Below, piece by piece: positions 19,363 through 26,831 of a DNA stretch of 62,826 nt. The DNA is from an uncultured Candidatus Nemicrothrix sp. (GTDB taxonomy: Bacteria; Actinomycetota; Acidimicrobiia; Acidimicrobiales; Aldehydirespiratoraceae), in assembly GCA_964513285.1 (NCBI GenBank), contig CAZEML010000003.1, positions 1 through 62,826 of the forward strand, in the 5' to 3' direction. Position 1 is the first letter of the stretch; every line of letters begins with the position of its first letter. Under the pieces are notes generated by a model. It was not told the origin of the DNA and ran no database searches. It saw only the letters and a list, made by a program, of their open reading frames with translations. The position numbers were made by a program, and so were the translations under genes.

Positions 19363-20625
19363 TCAGCCGCCTCGGGATCGGGCGACGAGCCAGTCCCGTA
19401 CCGCGGCGTCGGCGGTCAGCCCGATCGCTCGGTCGTAGCCGGCCCGGGCCTCGTCGTGGCGGTCGAGCTGATCGAGGACCCACGCCCGCACGGCCCAGTA
19501 CGGCTGGTGGCGCTCGACCCGCTTCGGGTCGAGGCCGTCGAGCACAGCGACCGCGCCGGCGAGATCGCCGGTTCGGCCGAGGGCGGCGGCGTAGCCGATC
19601 GCCGCGCCGAGGGTCGGGTAGGTGCGCATCAACAGGTGGTACGCCTTGGCGATCGACGCCCAGTCGATCGCACCGGTGCGCAGCCGGTCCGCGTGCATCG
19701 ACTGAATCGAGGCTTCGATCTGGAACCGGCCGGACTGGCCCTGTTGCGCGGCCCGCCACAGCGCGATCTCGCCGGACTCGATCAGGGCGAGATCCCACCG
19801 CGTCGGGTCTTGCTCCTCGAGCGGCACGAACCGCCCGGCGGCGTCTCGTCGGGCGGGGCGACGTGCCTCGCTCAGACACAACAGGGCGTAGAGGCCCTTG
19901 GGTTCGGCGTGGTCGGGCAACAGCTTCACCAGCAGACCGGCGAGCCAGATCGCTTCACCCGCGAGACCGGCGGCCGCCTCGGATGCATCGTCGGCATCGT
20001 CGTAGCCAACCCCGTACGCGGCGTAGACCGCGTCGAGCACATGGCCGAGGCGTTCCGAGAGGTGCTCGTCGTCGGGGATCTCGAACGGGATGCCGTCGTC
20101 GGCGATGCGCCGCTTCACCCGCACGAGCCGCTGCCCGATCGTGGCCGGGGCGACGAGCATCGCCGAACCGATCTGTTCCGCGGTCAGCCCGAGGACGGTC
20201 TGCAGCATCAGCGGGGTGCGCATCGCCGCCGGGATGTCGGGGTGCGCACAGGTGAAGAGCAGTTCGAGCCGGCGCTCCGGGAGCCCGGAGCCGAGGGGGG
20301 ATTCGGCGGCCTCGGTGGCGGCGATCGTCAGCTTGATCTGCTCGGCAGTGCGCAGCTTCGTCTCGGCGTCGGCGTGGCGCCCCTGCCGGCGTTGCTCGTC
20401 GACGAGTCGGCGGCGGGCCACGGTCAGCAGCCAGGCTTCGGTGTTGTCGGGCACCCCGTTCGCCGGCCACTGGCGGACCGCTTCGGCGAGCGCCTCGGCG
20501 AGGGCGTCCTCGGCGGTGGTGATCGACCCGCAGCGCGAGGTCAGCCAGGCGAGGAGCCGGCCGTACGACTCGCGTGCGGCCAGCTCCACCTCCAACTCCG
20601 GAGTCACCTCGCCGACCGGGGCCAT
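19363..20625 (-). CDS. ECF-type RNA polymerase sigma factor with a long C-terminal extension
   Basis: 420 aa. The N-terminal sigma-2/sigma-4 regions are followed by an approximately 230-aa helical extension. It lies immediately downstream of a YCII-like gene, which is a recurrent pairing. Confidence 0.8.
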   Translation of the reverse strand: MAPVGEVTPELEVELAARESYGRLLAWLTSRCGSITTAEDALAEALAEAVRQWPANGVPDNTEAWLLTVARRRLVDEQRRQGRHADAETKLRTAEQIKLTIAATEAAESPLGSGLPERRLELLFTCAHPDIPAAMRTPLMLQTVLGLTAEQIGSAMLVAPATIGQRLVRVKRRIADDGIPFEIPDDEHLSERLGHVLDAVYAAYGVGYDDADDASEAAAGLAGEAIWLAGLLVKLLPDHAEPKGLYALLCLSEARRPARRDAAGRFVPLEEQDPTRWDLALIESGEIALWRAAQQGQSGRFQIEASIQSMHADRLRTGAIDWASIAKAYHLLMRTYPTLGAAIGYAAALGRTGDLAGAVAVLDGLDPKRVERHQPYWAVRAWVLDQLDRHDEARAGYDRAIGLTADAAVRDWLVARSRGG

Positions 20626-20626
20626 C

Positions 20627-20980
20627 TCAGCCCATCGGCTCCATCTCGACGGTCGGCCGCAGCTCGACCCGCGCCGACGCCGCCGCCGGGCAGTTGGCGG
20701 CGAGCTCGATCGCCTCGTCCATCGACTCGACGTCGAAGATCATGTAGCCGCCGAGCGCCTCCTTGCTGTCGGCATAGGGGCCGTCCTGGATCTGGCGTTC
20801 GCCGTCGCGCACGGTGATCGTGACGCCGGTCGAGCCGTCGCCGAGGATGTTGCCGCCGACGACCTTGTCGCCGAGGGTGGCGCTGTAGGCCATCCACTTG
20901 CCCCAGTACGCCTCGGCGGCGGGGCCGTTGCGATCGGCGAAGTCTTCGGGGGTTTCCTGGATGAGCATCATGACCTGCAT
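20627..20980 (-). CDS. YCII-related (DGPF) domain protein
   Basis: 117 aa with the DGPYADSKEALGGYMIFDVESMDEAIELA pattern. Confidence 0.8.
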   Translation of the reverse strand: MQVMMLIQETPEDFADRNGPAAEAYWGKWMAYSATLGDKVVGGNILGDGSTGVTITVRDGERQIQDGPYADSKEALGGYMIFDVESMDEAIELAANCPAAASARVELRPTVEMEPMG

Positions 20981-21067
20981 GGTTCTCTGAACTCCTGTCT
21001 CGAGCTCGGCGGTTCCGAGCCGTCGACCACCTACGTCGTAGCAGGCGTGGCGATTTCGACACAGGGG

Positions 21068-21117
21068 TTGACCTTTCTCGACGATCGTGGTTACTTAACG
21101 AGACCGTTATGTAACGG
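21068..21117 (+). promoter_or_regulatory. Putative promoter (TTGACC-N17-TTACTT) plus palindrome CCGTTA-TG-TAACGG upstream of the ArsR gene
   Basis: -35 at 21068-21073, -10 at 21091-21096 and palindrome at 21104-21117. All were read directly from the sequence and are AT-richer than the surroundings. Confidence 0.35.
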
Positions 21118-21128
21118 ATCCGTTAATC

Positions 21129-21506
21129 ATGCCTCCCACGACGACCCTCGAGCCCGAGACCGACGATCACCTCAGCGTGATCTTCTCCGCCCTCGCCCAC
21201 CCCACGCGGCGCGCCATCCTCGGCCGCCTCGCCCAAGGCGAAGCGAGCGTCAGCGAACTGGCCGAGCCGTTCGCGATGTCGATGCCGGCGGTCTCACGAC
21301 ACATCCGGGTGCTCGAACACGCCGGCCTCGTGCAGCAAGGCCGCCGAGCGCAGTACCGCCCGTGCACGCTCGACGCAGCCCCGCTCGAGGCGGTCAGCGC
21401 CTGGACCGAGCAGGTCCGCGAGGTGTGGGAGACGAGCTTCGATCGCCTGGACGACTACGTCCGCCGAATCCAGCAACAGCCTGACGACCAGAAAGACCCG
21501 CAATGA
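21129..21506 (+). CDS. ArsR/SmtB family transcriptional regulator
   Basis: 125 aa with the winged HTH FSALAHPTRRAILGRLAQGEASVSELAEPFAMSMPAVSRHIRVLEHAGLV. Confidence 0.85.
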   Translation: MPPTTTLEPETDDHLSVIFSALAHPTRRAILGRLAQGEASVSELAEPFAMSMPAVSRHIRVLEHAGLVQQGRRAQYRPCTLDAAPLEAVSAWTEQVREVWETSFDRLDDYVRRIQQQPDDQKDPQ

Positions 21507-21979
21507 CCGAGTTCAAGTCCGTTGAGATCGAGCGCACGTTCGACGCCCCGATCGCCACCATCTGGCAGATGTGGACCGAAGCCGAACACTTCGCCTCCTG
21601 GTACGGACCGATGGGTGCGTCGATCCCGACGTGCGAGATGAACGTCGAGATCGGTGGCCGTCGCCACCTCTGCATGGAGATGGAGACCCCGAACGGTCCG
21701 ATGCAGATGTGGTTCGTCGGCGAGTACACCGAGATCTCCCCGATGACCCGCCTCGTCTACACCGAGTCGATGTCGAACGAGGCCGGCGACGTCCTCTCCC
21801 CTGCCGACATGGGCATGCCCGGCGACGGGCCGTCGTCCACCGAGGTCGTCGTCGAACTCACCGAGGCCGGCGATCAGACCCACATGAAGATGCAGCACAT
21901 CGGCATCCCGCACGACTCCCCCGGCGGCATGGGCTGGAACATGGCCCTCGACAAGCTCGAAGGGCTGCTGGCAGCCTGA
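21503..21979 (+). CDS. SRPBCC / AHSA1 (activator of Hsp90 ATPase homologue-like) domain protein
   Basis: 158 aa, translationally coupled to ArsR (ATGA). ERTFDAPIATIWQMWTEAEHFASWYGP is typical. Confidence 0.85.
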   Translation: MTEFKSVEIERTFDAPIATIWQMWTEAEHFASWYGPMGASIPTCEMNVEIGGRRHLCMEMETPNGPMQMWFVGEYTEISPMTRLVYTESMSNEAGDVLSPADMGMPGDGPSSTEVVVELTEAGDQTHMKMQHIGIPHDSPGGMGWNMALDKLEGLLAA

Positions 21980-21983
21980 CCGC

Positions 21984-22328
21984 ATGGCCGGCCCGCTCGC
22001 CTCCCACCGCTCGATCGCCTCGATCGGGTCGGCGTTCTCGGTCCGCTCGATCGGGTCGATGGCCTCGGTCGCGTCGATCGGATCGTTCAACTCGATCGCC
22101 TCGGTCGGCAGCGCCGGCTCGATCCTCTCGATCGGGTCGGCGGGCAGCATCGGGTCGATCGGCAGCGCGGGCTCGATCCTGTCGATCGGGTCGGCCGGGT
22201 CGATCCTGTCGATCCGAAGCAGCGGACGGATCCTCGCGATCGACAACGAGCCGATCGATCGGCAGCGGCTCACCCTCGCCGCCGCGATCACGACCACGGC
22301 GGCGGTCGTGCTTCACCGACTTCGGTGA
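21984..22328 (+). CDS. Hypothetical Ser-X-X repeat protein
   Basis: 114-aa ORF starting 5 nt after the SRPBCC stop. Ser occupies every third residue from S7 to S79 (SIGSAGSIL...), followed by a hydrophobic tail (LAAAITTTAAVVL). The antisense frame is also open, so coding status is unproven. Confidence 0.4.
   Translation: MAGPLASHRSIASIGSAFSVRSIGSMASVASIGSFNSIASVGSAGSILSIGSAGSIGSIGSAGSILSIGSAGSILSIRSSGRILAIDNEPIDRQRLTLAAAITTTAAVVLHRLR
22002..22226 (+). repeat. 9-nt periodic tandem repeat (TCG-ATC-GGN type), extremely GATC/CGATCG-rich
   Basis: 25 consecutive TCG/AGC-led triplet-of-codon units, read directly from the sequence. Confidence 0.7.
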
Positions 22329-22346
22329 TCGGCTAGAACTGCGGCC

Positions 22347-23000
22347 ATGGCCCTCGCTGACGATCTCCTCGCCCTGCGCGGCACCCCTGGCGCCGCGGTC
22401 ATCTTGATGACCTACCGAGGCGATTGGTGACCGTACTGCTGCGGCCAGCTGGTTCGGCTGGCAACGGAGTACGACCGCATCCACGGCGCCGGCGCCGAGT
22501 TGATCGCGATCAGCGTCGACGATGGGGTGCGCCAGGCGGGCATGGCCGAGCGCTGGCTCTCGCCTCACACCCGGTTCGTGTCAGATCCCGGTGGCGAGAC
22601 CTACCTCCAGGCCGCCGACCTGTTCGACCCCGAGGAGCGCGGCGGCATCGCGCTGCCGGGCATGTTGATCATCTCGCCCGAGGGCGAGGAGATCTACCGG
22701 TACCAAGGTCGCGACTTCGCGGACCGCACCAACGACGACGATCTGTGGGAGGCGCTCGCCGGCCTCGACTTGCCCGCCGTCGCTCCGGAGGCGTGGAGCT
22801 ACGACGCCGAGGTCCCCGACGATCTTCGTGGCTTCTTCCGGCCCGCCGACCTCGGCCCGTACTTCCGCGGGAACATGTACGCGGCGATCGCCATCGGTGG
22901 CCGAGTCGAGGACGCCGATTCGCAAGCGATGGCGCGCGAGCACCGCATCATGGCCAAGACCACGCTCGAGGCCTGGGACGTCCTGCGCGGCAAGGGATGA
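22347..23000 (+). CDS. Peroxiredoxin-like (PRX_like2/AhpC-TSA) protein with in-frame TGA at the first CxxC position; candidate selenoprotein or pseudogene
   Basis: ATG 22347 gives MALADDLLALRGTPGAAVILMTYRGDW-TGA-PYCCGQLVRLATEYDRIHGAGAELIAISVDD..., in the same frame as track ORF 22500-23000. The TGA (22428-22430) replaces the Cys of the W-C-P-x-C redox motif. Confidence 0.5.
22437..22471 (+). promoter_or_regulatory. SECIS-like hairpin downstream of the in-frame TGA
   Basis: The apical stem GCCAGC/GCUGGC (22444-22449 / 22457-22462) closes the loop UGGUUCG. A lower stem of 2+4 bp carries an AA bulge and a G-G mismatch. The loop starts 20 nt after the UGA. Confidence 0.4.
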
Positions 23001-23287
23001 TCGTCGTTCTCGGCGACGTCGACGTTCGCCCCGAGGCGATCGATGAGGCGCTCGCCATCAGCCGCGAGCACGTCGAGCGATCGCGATCCGAACCCGGCTG
23101 CATCAGCCACGACGTCCTGACCGACCCCGACCGACCCCACCGCTTGGTGTTCGTCGAGCGCTGGGAGGGCCGCGCGGCCCTCGACCGACACTTCGAGGTG
23201 CCGGAATCGGCGGCGTTCGCTCACGCCCTCGGGCGCATAGCGGCATCACCACCGTCGATGCAGATCCTGCCCATCGTGGCGCGCTGA
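22997..23287 (+). CDS. Antibiotic biosynthesis monooxygenase (ABM) domain protein
   Basis: 96 aa from ATG 22997 (ATGA overlap with the previous stop). Sequence: MIVVLGDVDVRPEAIDEALAISREHVERSRSEPGCISHDVLTD...ERWEGRAALDRH. Confidence 0.75.
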   Translation: MIVVLGDVDVRPEAIDEALAISREHVERSRSEPGCISHDVLTDPDRPHRLVFVERWEGRAALDRHFEVPESAAFAHALGRIAASPPSMQILPIVAR

Positions 23288-23335
23288 TCGGGCCGGGTGC
23301 GCCGACGCCGGTCGACGACCTGCCAACCTTGAGCG

Positions 23336-23689
23336 ATGGCCAGCCGGACCCGACGCGCTCGATACGCCAAACGCCGAGCCAATCGGATGGCGAAGCGCGA
23401 CCACGATCTCACCGACGATCAGTGGGCGGCGCTGCAGGCGCACTGGGGCGGATGCGCCTACTGCGAGAACGACGAGGGGCCGTTCCAGAAGGACACGGTG
23501 CTCGCCATCTCCCGAGGTGGCCGCTACACCCTCGACAACGTCGTGCCGGCATGCCGGTCGTGCAACGCCAGCAAGTGCAACGACGAGGTGACGGGCTGGA
23601 TGCGGCGCAAGAAGCTCGACGAAGAGCGCTTCCTCGTTCGTCAGTACGAGATCAGCCGGGCGCTGCGCACCGACATCACGGTCGACTGA
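23336..23689 (+). CDS. HNH endonuclease
   Basis: 117 aa. CAYC...H-N-type core (DTVLAISRGGRYTLDNVVPACRSCNASK) with two CxxC pairs. Confidence 0.8.
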   Translation: MASRTRRARYAKRRANRMAKRDHDLTDDQWAALQAHWGGCAYCENDEGPFQKDTVLAISRGGRYTLDNVVPACRSCNASKCNDEVTGWMRRKKLDEERFLVRQYEISRALRTDITVD

Positions 23690-23744
23690 CCCATACCTCG
23701 CTGCGATACTCGAGCTGAACGATCGTCCAGCCCGGAGACACCGC

Positions 23745-24548
23745 ATGACCGACACGCTCGATCCCGTCGATCTCGACAAGACCGCCGACGCGATGGACGC
23801 ACCCGACCGCGACCGGTACTCCCCGGCCGAGTGGCAGGCGCGACTCGACCTGGCGGTGCTGTACCGGGCGATCCATCTCTACGGCATGAGCGACGTCGCC
23901 AACGGCGAGATCGCCGCCCGCGTCCCCGATCAGCCAGACCACTACCTGACCCACCCGTACGGCATGTATTGGGAAGAGGCCACGGCATCGAGCTTCATCA
24001 CCGTCACCGCCGACGGCACACCCGTCCACGACGACAAGCGCTGGACCAACGACGGTGCGGTCAACCTCTGCCGTTGGATCTTCGGCCAGCGCCCCGACAT
24101 CAACTTCTTCATCCACGGCCACGAGGTCCCCGTCGCCGCGATCGGGTCGATCGAGTCCGGCTTGCTTCCGGTCAACCAGCCGGCGGTCTACCTCGGCCAC
24201 ATGCTCGGCTACCTCGAGTACGAGTTCGACGAAGACGAGCAGTTCGGGCTGCTCTTCGAGCGCAAGGCGGCCGACCACAACATCCTCATCAGCCACAACC
24301 ACGGCTACTACTCCTTCGGTCGCGTGGCCGCCGAAGCGTTCTTCCGCGCCTACTTCCTGAAGCAGGCGTGTGAGATCCAGCTCGCGGCGATGGCGACCGG
24401 CGACGAACTCCACCTCATCTCCGCCGCCGAGGTCGAGCGGTTCCGCACCGAGATGTACCGGTCGCCGCACTACAACTACGACGGCGCCACCGAATGGCCC
24501 GGCTTGGTACGCAAGGTCGGCCGGGAGTGCCCCGGCTACGACCAGTGA
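23745..24548 (+). CDS. Class II aldolase/adducin family protein
   Basis: 267 aa with aldolase-II fold motifs (FFIHGHEVPVAAIG...ISHNHGYYSFG). Confidence 0.8.
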   Translation: MTDTLDPVDLDKTADAMDAPDRDRYSPAEWQARLDLAVLYRAIHLYGMSDVANGEIAARVPDQPDHYLTHPYGMYWEEATASSFITVTADGTPVHDDKRWTNDGAVNLCRWIFGQRPDINFFIHGHEVPVAAIGSIESGLLPVNQPAVYLGHMLGYLEYEFDEDEQFGLLFERKAADHNILISHNHGYYSFGRVAAEAFFRAYFLKQACEIQLAAMATGDELHLISAAEVERFRTEMYRSPHYNYDGATEWPGLVRKVGRECPGYDQ

Positions 24549-25729
24549 GCGACCCGTTTCTCACCCCCGACTTCGACACTTATCTCACCGACGACCGGAT
24601 CGTCCGAGCCGAGATCCGCGACGAGACGACGATCGAGGTCGAGTGGACCGACGGCCGCATCGACCACCATCACCCCTGGACGCTGCGCGAGAACTCGGTC
24701 GACCCGACGACGACCGCGCCGATCACCCGGGAGCGGCTGACCGACATCGCAGCATGGGGAGACGAAATCGCCGCCGAGTCGGTCACGATCGACGACGGCC
24801 TCACCATCACCTGGCGCCCTGACGGGCTCGTCGCCTCCTATGACCGAGCGTGGCTCCGCCATCTCGGCGGAACCGACTGGCGACCCGACACCGTCCGGCC
24901 CGATCCCGTGCCCTGGGAGCCGAGCACCGACAGCCCGCCCTCCTTCGACGGGGCGGCGTTCCTCCGCAGCGACGACACCCTCGAACGGGCACTCCGCACG
25001 CTCGCCACCCATGGGCTGATCCGACTCCAGCAGCTCTCCACCGACGCAGAGACGGTGCTCGAGGTCGCCGCCCGCATCGGCGTGGTCCGCCCCACCCAGT
25101 TCGGGCCGTCGTTCGACGTCGTCAACCGTGCCGATGCCGACAGCCAGGCGTACACCGCCGACCGCCTCGGGCTCCACATGGACATCCCGACCCGAGAGAC
25201 CCCGGCCGGCCTTCAACTCCTGCACTGCATCGAGAACACCGCGACCGGGGGCGAGAGCCTGATGGCCGACGGGCTCGCCATCATTGAGCACCTCCGAGCG
25301 ACCGAACCAGAGCTGTTCGAGGCGCTCACGACGTGTTCGTGGGTCTGGGCCAACCGCTCGACGACGACCGATGTCCGATGGAGTGCTCCGGTGGTCCGCC
25401 TCGATTCCGATGGCCGCTTCGTCGAGCACCGCCTGGTCAACATCCTGCGGTTGTTCCCCGACATGGCGCACGACCAGGTCGACACCGCATACCGCGCCCT
25501 CCGCCACTTCACCCGAGTCGCCGACGACCCGCGCTTCTCGATCTCGTTCCCGTTCGAACCAGGCGACTGTGTGATCTTCGACAACCGCCGCATGCTCCAC
25601 GGCCGAGAGGCCTTCGATCCCCGCAGCGGCGACCGTCATCTCCGCGGCTGCTATGTCGACCACGACGATCTGTGGTCCCGGCTCCGGATGCTGGCCCGAG
25701 CCCAACGCCACCACGAACGCTGGGGCTGA
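24545..25729 (+). CDS. Gamma-butyrobetaine hydroxylase-like TauD-family dioxygenase (N-terminal DUF971-like domain)
   Basis: Track ORF trimmed to GTG 24545 (GTGA overlap with the aldolase stop). Carries an HMD facial-triad context (LGLHMDIP) and C-terminal ...[10 protein letters not shown]. Confidence 0.75.
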   Translation: MSDPFLTPDFDTYLTDDRIVRAEIRDETTIEVEWTDGRIDHHHPWTLRENSVDPTTTAPITRERLTDIAAWGDEIAAESVTIDDGLTITWRPDGLVASYDRAWLRHLGGTDWRPDTVRPDPVPWEPSTDSPPSFDGAAFLRSDDTLERALRTLATHGLIRLQQLSTDAETVLEVAARIGVVRPTQFGPSFDVVNRADADSQAYTADRLGLHMDIPTRETPAGLQLLHCIENTATGGESLMADGLAIIEHLRATEPELFEALTTCSWVWANRSTTTDVRWSAPVVRLDSDGRFVEHRLVNILRLFPDMAHDQVDTAYRALRHFTRVADDPRFSISFPFEPGDCVIFDNRRMLHGREAFDPRSGDRHLRGCYVDHDDLWSRLRMLARAQRHHERWG

Positions 25730-25755
25730 AGACGGCGTTCGTAGACTCGACGGCG

Positions 25756-26793
25756 ATGGCCGCCCGCATGATCACGATCGACCCGAACACGATCGACCAC
25801 GCCCTCGTCGCCGACGCCGCCGATCTTCTGCGCGCCGGCGAACTCGTCGCCATCCCGACCGAGACCGTCTACGGGCTCGGGTGCAACGCCCTCGACGCCG
25901 GCGCCGTCGCCGCCGTCTTCGCGGCCAAGGGTCGTCCTGCCACCGACCCCCTGATCGTGCACGTCGACGACGCGGCCATGGTCGCCTCGGTCATCGATGG
26001 CGCCGTCCCCCCGGTGGCCGAACAGCTGATCGCCGCGTTCTGGCCCGGCCCGCTCACGATGGTCCTACCCAAGGGCCCCGAGGTGCCCGACGCGGTGACG
26101 AGCGGCGGGCCGACCGTCGGCGTCCGGTGTCCGGCCCACCCGGTCGCTCGAGCGATCATCCGCGCAGCGGGCGTGCCGGTCGCGGCGCCCAGCGCCAATC
26201 GATTCGGGCGGATCAGCCCGACCTCCGCCGCCCACGTCGACGAGGAGCTCGGCGACCGGATCGCCATGATCGTCGATGCAGGGCGAGCCGACCATGGCCT
26301 CGAGTCGACGGTCGTCGCCATCGAGCACGACCACGTCGTCATCTTGCGGGAGGGCGCGGTCACCCGCGAGGCCCTGGCCGGCCACGTCGAGGTCCGCGAG
26401 ATCGAGAGCGATGCCGACCGCACGGCGGCCCCTGGCCACGACGTCCGCCACTACTCGCCGCACACCCCCACGATCGCCAACGCCACGCCGCCGGCCGACG
26501 CCCCGGCGGGCGACGTGGTCTACGCGGGCTACACAGATCGGCCCCCGATCCTGCCGGCTGGTTGGCGCTTCGAGCCGCTCGGCCATCACGCCGACCTCGC
26601 CCGAGTCGGACACGATCTCTACGACACCCTTCGGCGGCTCGACGCCGTCGCTCCGGCGCTCATCGTCGTCGAGCTCACCGGCGCCGACGGCATCGGGCGG
26701 GCGATCGACGACCGCTTGACCCGGGCCGCATCCGGCATCGTCACGACGACGGCCACGGCGCTCAGCGACGCGGTTCACGCCACGCTGCGCTGA
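25756..26793 (+). CDS. L-threonylcarbamoyladenylate synthase (Sua5/YwlC/TsaC family, long form)
   Basis: Trimmed to ATG 25756. [41 protein letters not shown] is the YrdC signature, followed by a C-terminal Sua5 domain. Confidence 0.85.
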   Translation: MAARMITIDPNTIDHALVADAADLLRAGELVAIPTETVYGLGCNALDAGAVAAVFAAKGRPATDPLIVHVDDAAMVASVIDGAVPPVAEQLIAAFWPGPLTMVLPKGPEVPDAVTSGGPTVGVRCPAHPVARAIIRAAGVPVAAPSANRFGRISPTSAAHVDEELGDRIAMIVDAGRADHGLESTVVAIEHDHVVILREGAVTREALAGHVEVREIESDADRTAAPGHDVRHYSPHTPTIANATPPADAPAGDVVYAGYTDRPPILPAGWRFEPLGHHADLARVGHDLYDTLRRLDAVAPALIVVELTGADGIGRAIDDRLTRAASGIVTTTATALSDAVHATLR

Positions 26794-26831
26794 CCCCGAC
26801 CGTCCGCAGGGCTCGCACTCCGCAGGACGCT

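Noticed and set aside
21455-22297. A 280-aa minus-strand ORF with DPID/IER repeats, antisense to the Ser-X-X repeat.
   Set aside because: It runs antisense through the well-supported SRPBCC gene (21503-21979). Its third codon positions coincide with the plus frame, so its openness is explained by GC3 bias.
22500-23000. The TTG-initiated 166-aa ORF taken as the complete peroxiredoxin-like gene.
   Set aside because: It would lack the beta1 strand and the entire CxxC active site. These are encoded in frame immediately upstream across the TGA, so the short ORF is an artefact of stop-to-stop ORF calling.
25333-26831. N-terminal extensions of the Sua5 (25333) and MCP (25653) track ORFs, implying very long proteins.
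   Set aside because: The extensions are Arg/Pro-rich out-of-context sequence overlapping neighbouring genes. Internal ATGs at 25756 and 26832 give canonical N-termini.
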